The notes under the pieces are model-generated. The model searched no databases. It had not been told where the DNA came from and saw nothing but the letters and a program-made list of their open reading frames with translations. A program made the translations under genes and the position numbers. Below, in pieces: positions 62,169 to 64,000 of a DNA stretch of 64,000 bases. The DNA lies in the NCBI RefSeq assembly GCF_964188315.1, contig NC_135656.1:96348001-96412000 (forward strand). The letters are read 5' to 3'. Within the stretch, counting starts at the first letter, position 1. Each line of letters starts with the position of its first letter. Source of the DNA: Podarcis muralis. Its lineage: Eukaryota.

Positions 62169-63339
62169 TATTGGGGGTGGAACCGACATACATGCCCCCA
62201 ACCCTCTGTATGCTTTTGCCCTTACAGTTCCATGCCAAACGCCCGAGAAGCTAAGGTAGCCTCAACAAACCATCATTTGTAGGCATGTCCCTATCCCTTT
62301 TCACACTTCCACCTTCATATGTCCAGGGCGAATGCCTGAAGAGAGCTCCTCATCCTTTATAAAACTATGGCTTCTTTTTCATCTTATTTTTTTATTTAAC
62401 AAATAAATTGTCAAAACCTTTTAAGTGGCTTCTCGTAACAAACCAAAGCTATGATTAAGCGGGGTTTACCCACCTGTGTTTGGACATCGAGACCAGCTGC
62501 ACCTAATCAAAGATGGAAGGGGAAAGCTGCTAAACTCCTCCTTGCGGCTGCACAGGAGGAAGGGAGGGAGATAAAGCACCAGGCTCATTTTTTTAATACT
62601 GAGGAATGTTCAGCATTGAATCTGAGCAAGCCACAGTAAATCTAGCAACCCGACCCACTCTGTACAGAGCTCCCCTTCTAAATGACACGACCTATCCCCT
62701 CCATCCAGCTCTTTTTCTGAGAAGAAGGGGTGTGCACACCCTTTGGGTTTTGAAATCTGGATATGCTTACATCTGCCTTTTGTTCAGCTGCTTTATGCTC
62801 TACGCTCTATATTTATCGTCTGAGGTTTCTTTATCTAGTTCTTATGATGATTCAGTGTGGCCGTAAACAAAGCCTAATAGCCTGAGGAAGCCAGATTTAT
62901 AGCCTTCTTGCCTCACTGAGGTGGCAGAAAAGAGCTGTGAACCAGTGAATCAGGGTTTTCTCGAGTCTCATTAAAGCTTCCTATAAGTTTTGTGCGCCAG
63001 TATCAAACTTCCCGAAAGAGCCCCCCCCCCCCCGTATAATCCACTTCCAGTTTCAATCACTGTTAACAATAAGGCAGCAACAATCGGACAACTTGACAAG
63101 ATTTGAAGACCTTCTGTCTGCACCATGTCTTGAACCAACCAGGTATTCTGCTTTCCCTCCCACCTCCCTCCCCCTCACACAGTCTGAACAGGGTTTTATT
63201 TTAATTGTCTTTTTTCAGTTTATTACAGAACAACTTTATGTAAGCACACTCCCCATTTCCATACCGTCTTTCTATCGAATTCCAAGGTCACTTTACCAAA
63301 AGAACAGAGCTAACAAAATATTCACATTTATTATTGTTA

Positions 63340-63470
63340 TTGCTATTAGATTTATACCCCACCCATCTGGCTGGGTTTCCCCAGCCACTCTGGGGGGTTC
63401 CCAGCACATATAAAGGCATAATAAAATGCCAAACATAAAAAAAAACTTCCCAGTAAAAGAAGAGAAGAGG
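63340..63470 (-). mobile_element. L2 3' tail fragment
   Basis: TTTATACCCCACCCATCTGGCTGGGTTTCCCCAGCCACTCTGGG matches the other L2 tails. Confidence 0.8.
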
Positions 63471-63739
63471 GACTCCTGCAGACATCATCTTATCAAGAGT
63501 TCCCTTCTATGTGATGGGGCAATTGGATCTTCATTTATGCAGCACCAAACCTTGGAACGGCCGTCCCATTACATATCAGAAAGGTGCTGCCTCTGTGGTC
63601 CTTTTTAGCAATTATTATTAATGACCGTCCTTTTTCAACAAGCATTTCAGGTGCTTGTTTCAGGAGAATTTTTTTTTAAAAAATCCCAGCCTATACCTAT
63701 TTTAAACTTGGCATTGTTTTGCATGTGTTTTTGCTGGCT

Positions 63740-63749
63740 ATTGTTGTTG

Positions 63750-63788
<39 letters not shown>
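63740..63788. repeat. Compound (TTG)n(TTA)n microsatellite
   Basis: Visible trinucleotide runs. Confidence 0.9.
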
Positions 63789-63793
<5 letters not shown>

Positions 63794-64000
63794 TGCTTCA
63801 AAAACTCTCATGGGAAGCAATTCACATCAGAAATAAATAATGAGCTAAAAGCCACAAAACCCTGTACCCGACAAAGTTGTCTGGTTAGCATAAGAATTTA
63901 CCCATCCACCCCACACCTCTCTGTGCCCCCAATCTGTTCTGGGGATTCCCCTAAAATTCTGGAGAAGGTTTGGGGGAGAGGAAGTCCTGTTGTGCAGACA

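Overview
This is eukaryotic, repeat-rich vertebrate DNA with three assembly gaps. The repeat mix (Sauria SINEs, squamate CR1 and L2 3' ends, an RTE/BovB-like tail, many hAT and Tc1/mariner MITEs, solo LTRs, a Penelope-like remnant) points to a squamate, probably a lacertid lizard; this is inferred from recalled family sequences, not from a database search. Almost all ORFs in the supplied track are TE fragments or chance frames. No protein-coding gene could be named. Two CpG-enriched promoter-like spots (about 9.6-10.2 kb and 58.9-59.05 kb) and scattered splice-signal-bounded segments on both strands suggest mostly intronic sequence, but every exon call is tentative. The most interesting items are: (1) an inverted Penelope-like insertion with a 12-14 bp TSD that carries a minimal hammerhead ribozyme inside a ~90 bp near-perfect palindrome (51.0-51.26 kb); (2) a recursive-splice-site-like YAG|GTAAGT junction with a 27-nt micro-exon (31.79 kb), bracketed by a perfect 62-bp inverted repeat that also encloses a solo LTR; (3) short locally templated insertions copied from about 1 kb away. 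Coordinates were counted by hand; ends of degenerate repeats are approximate.
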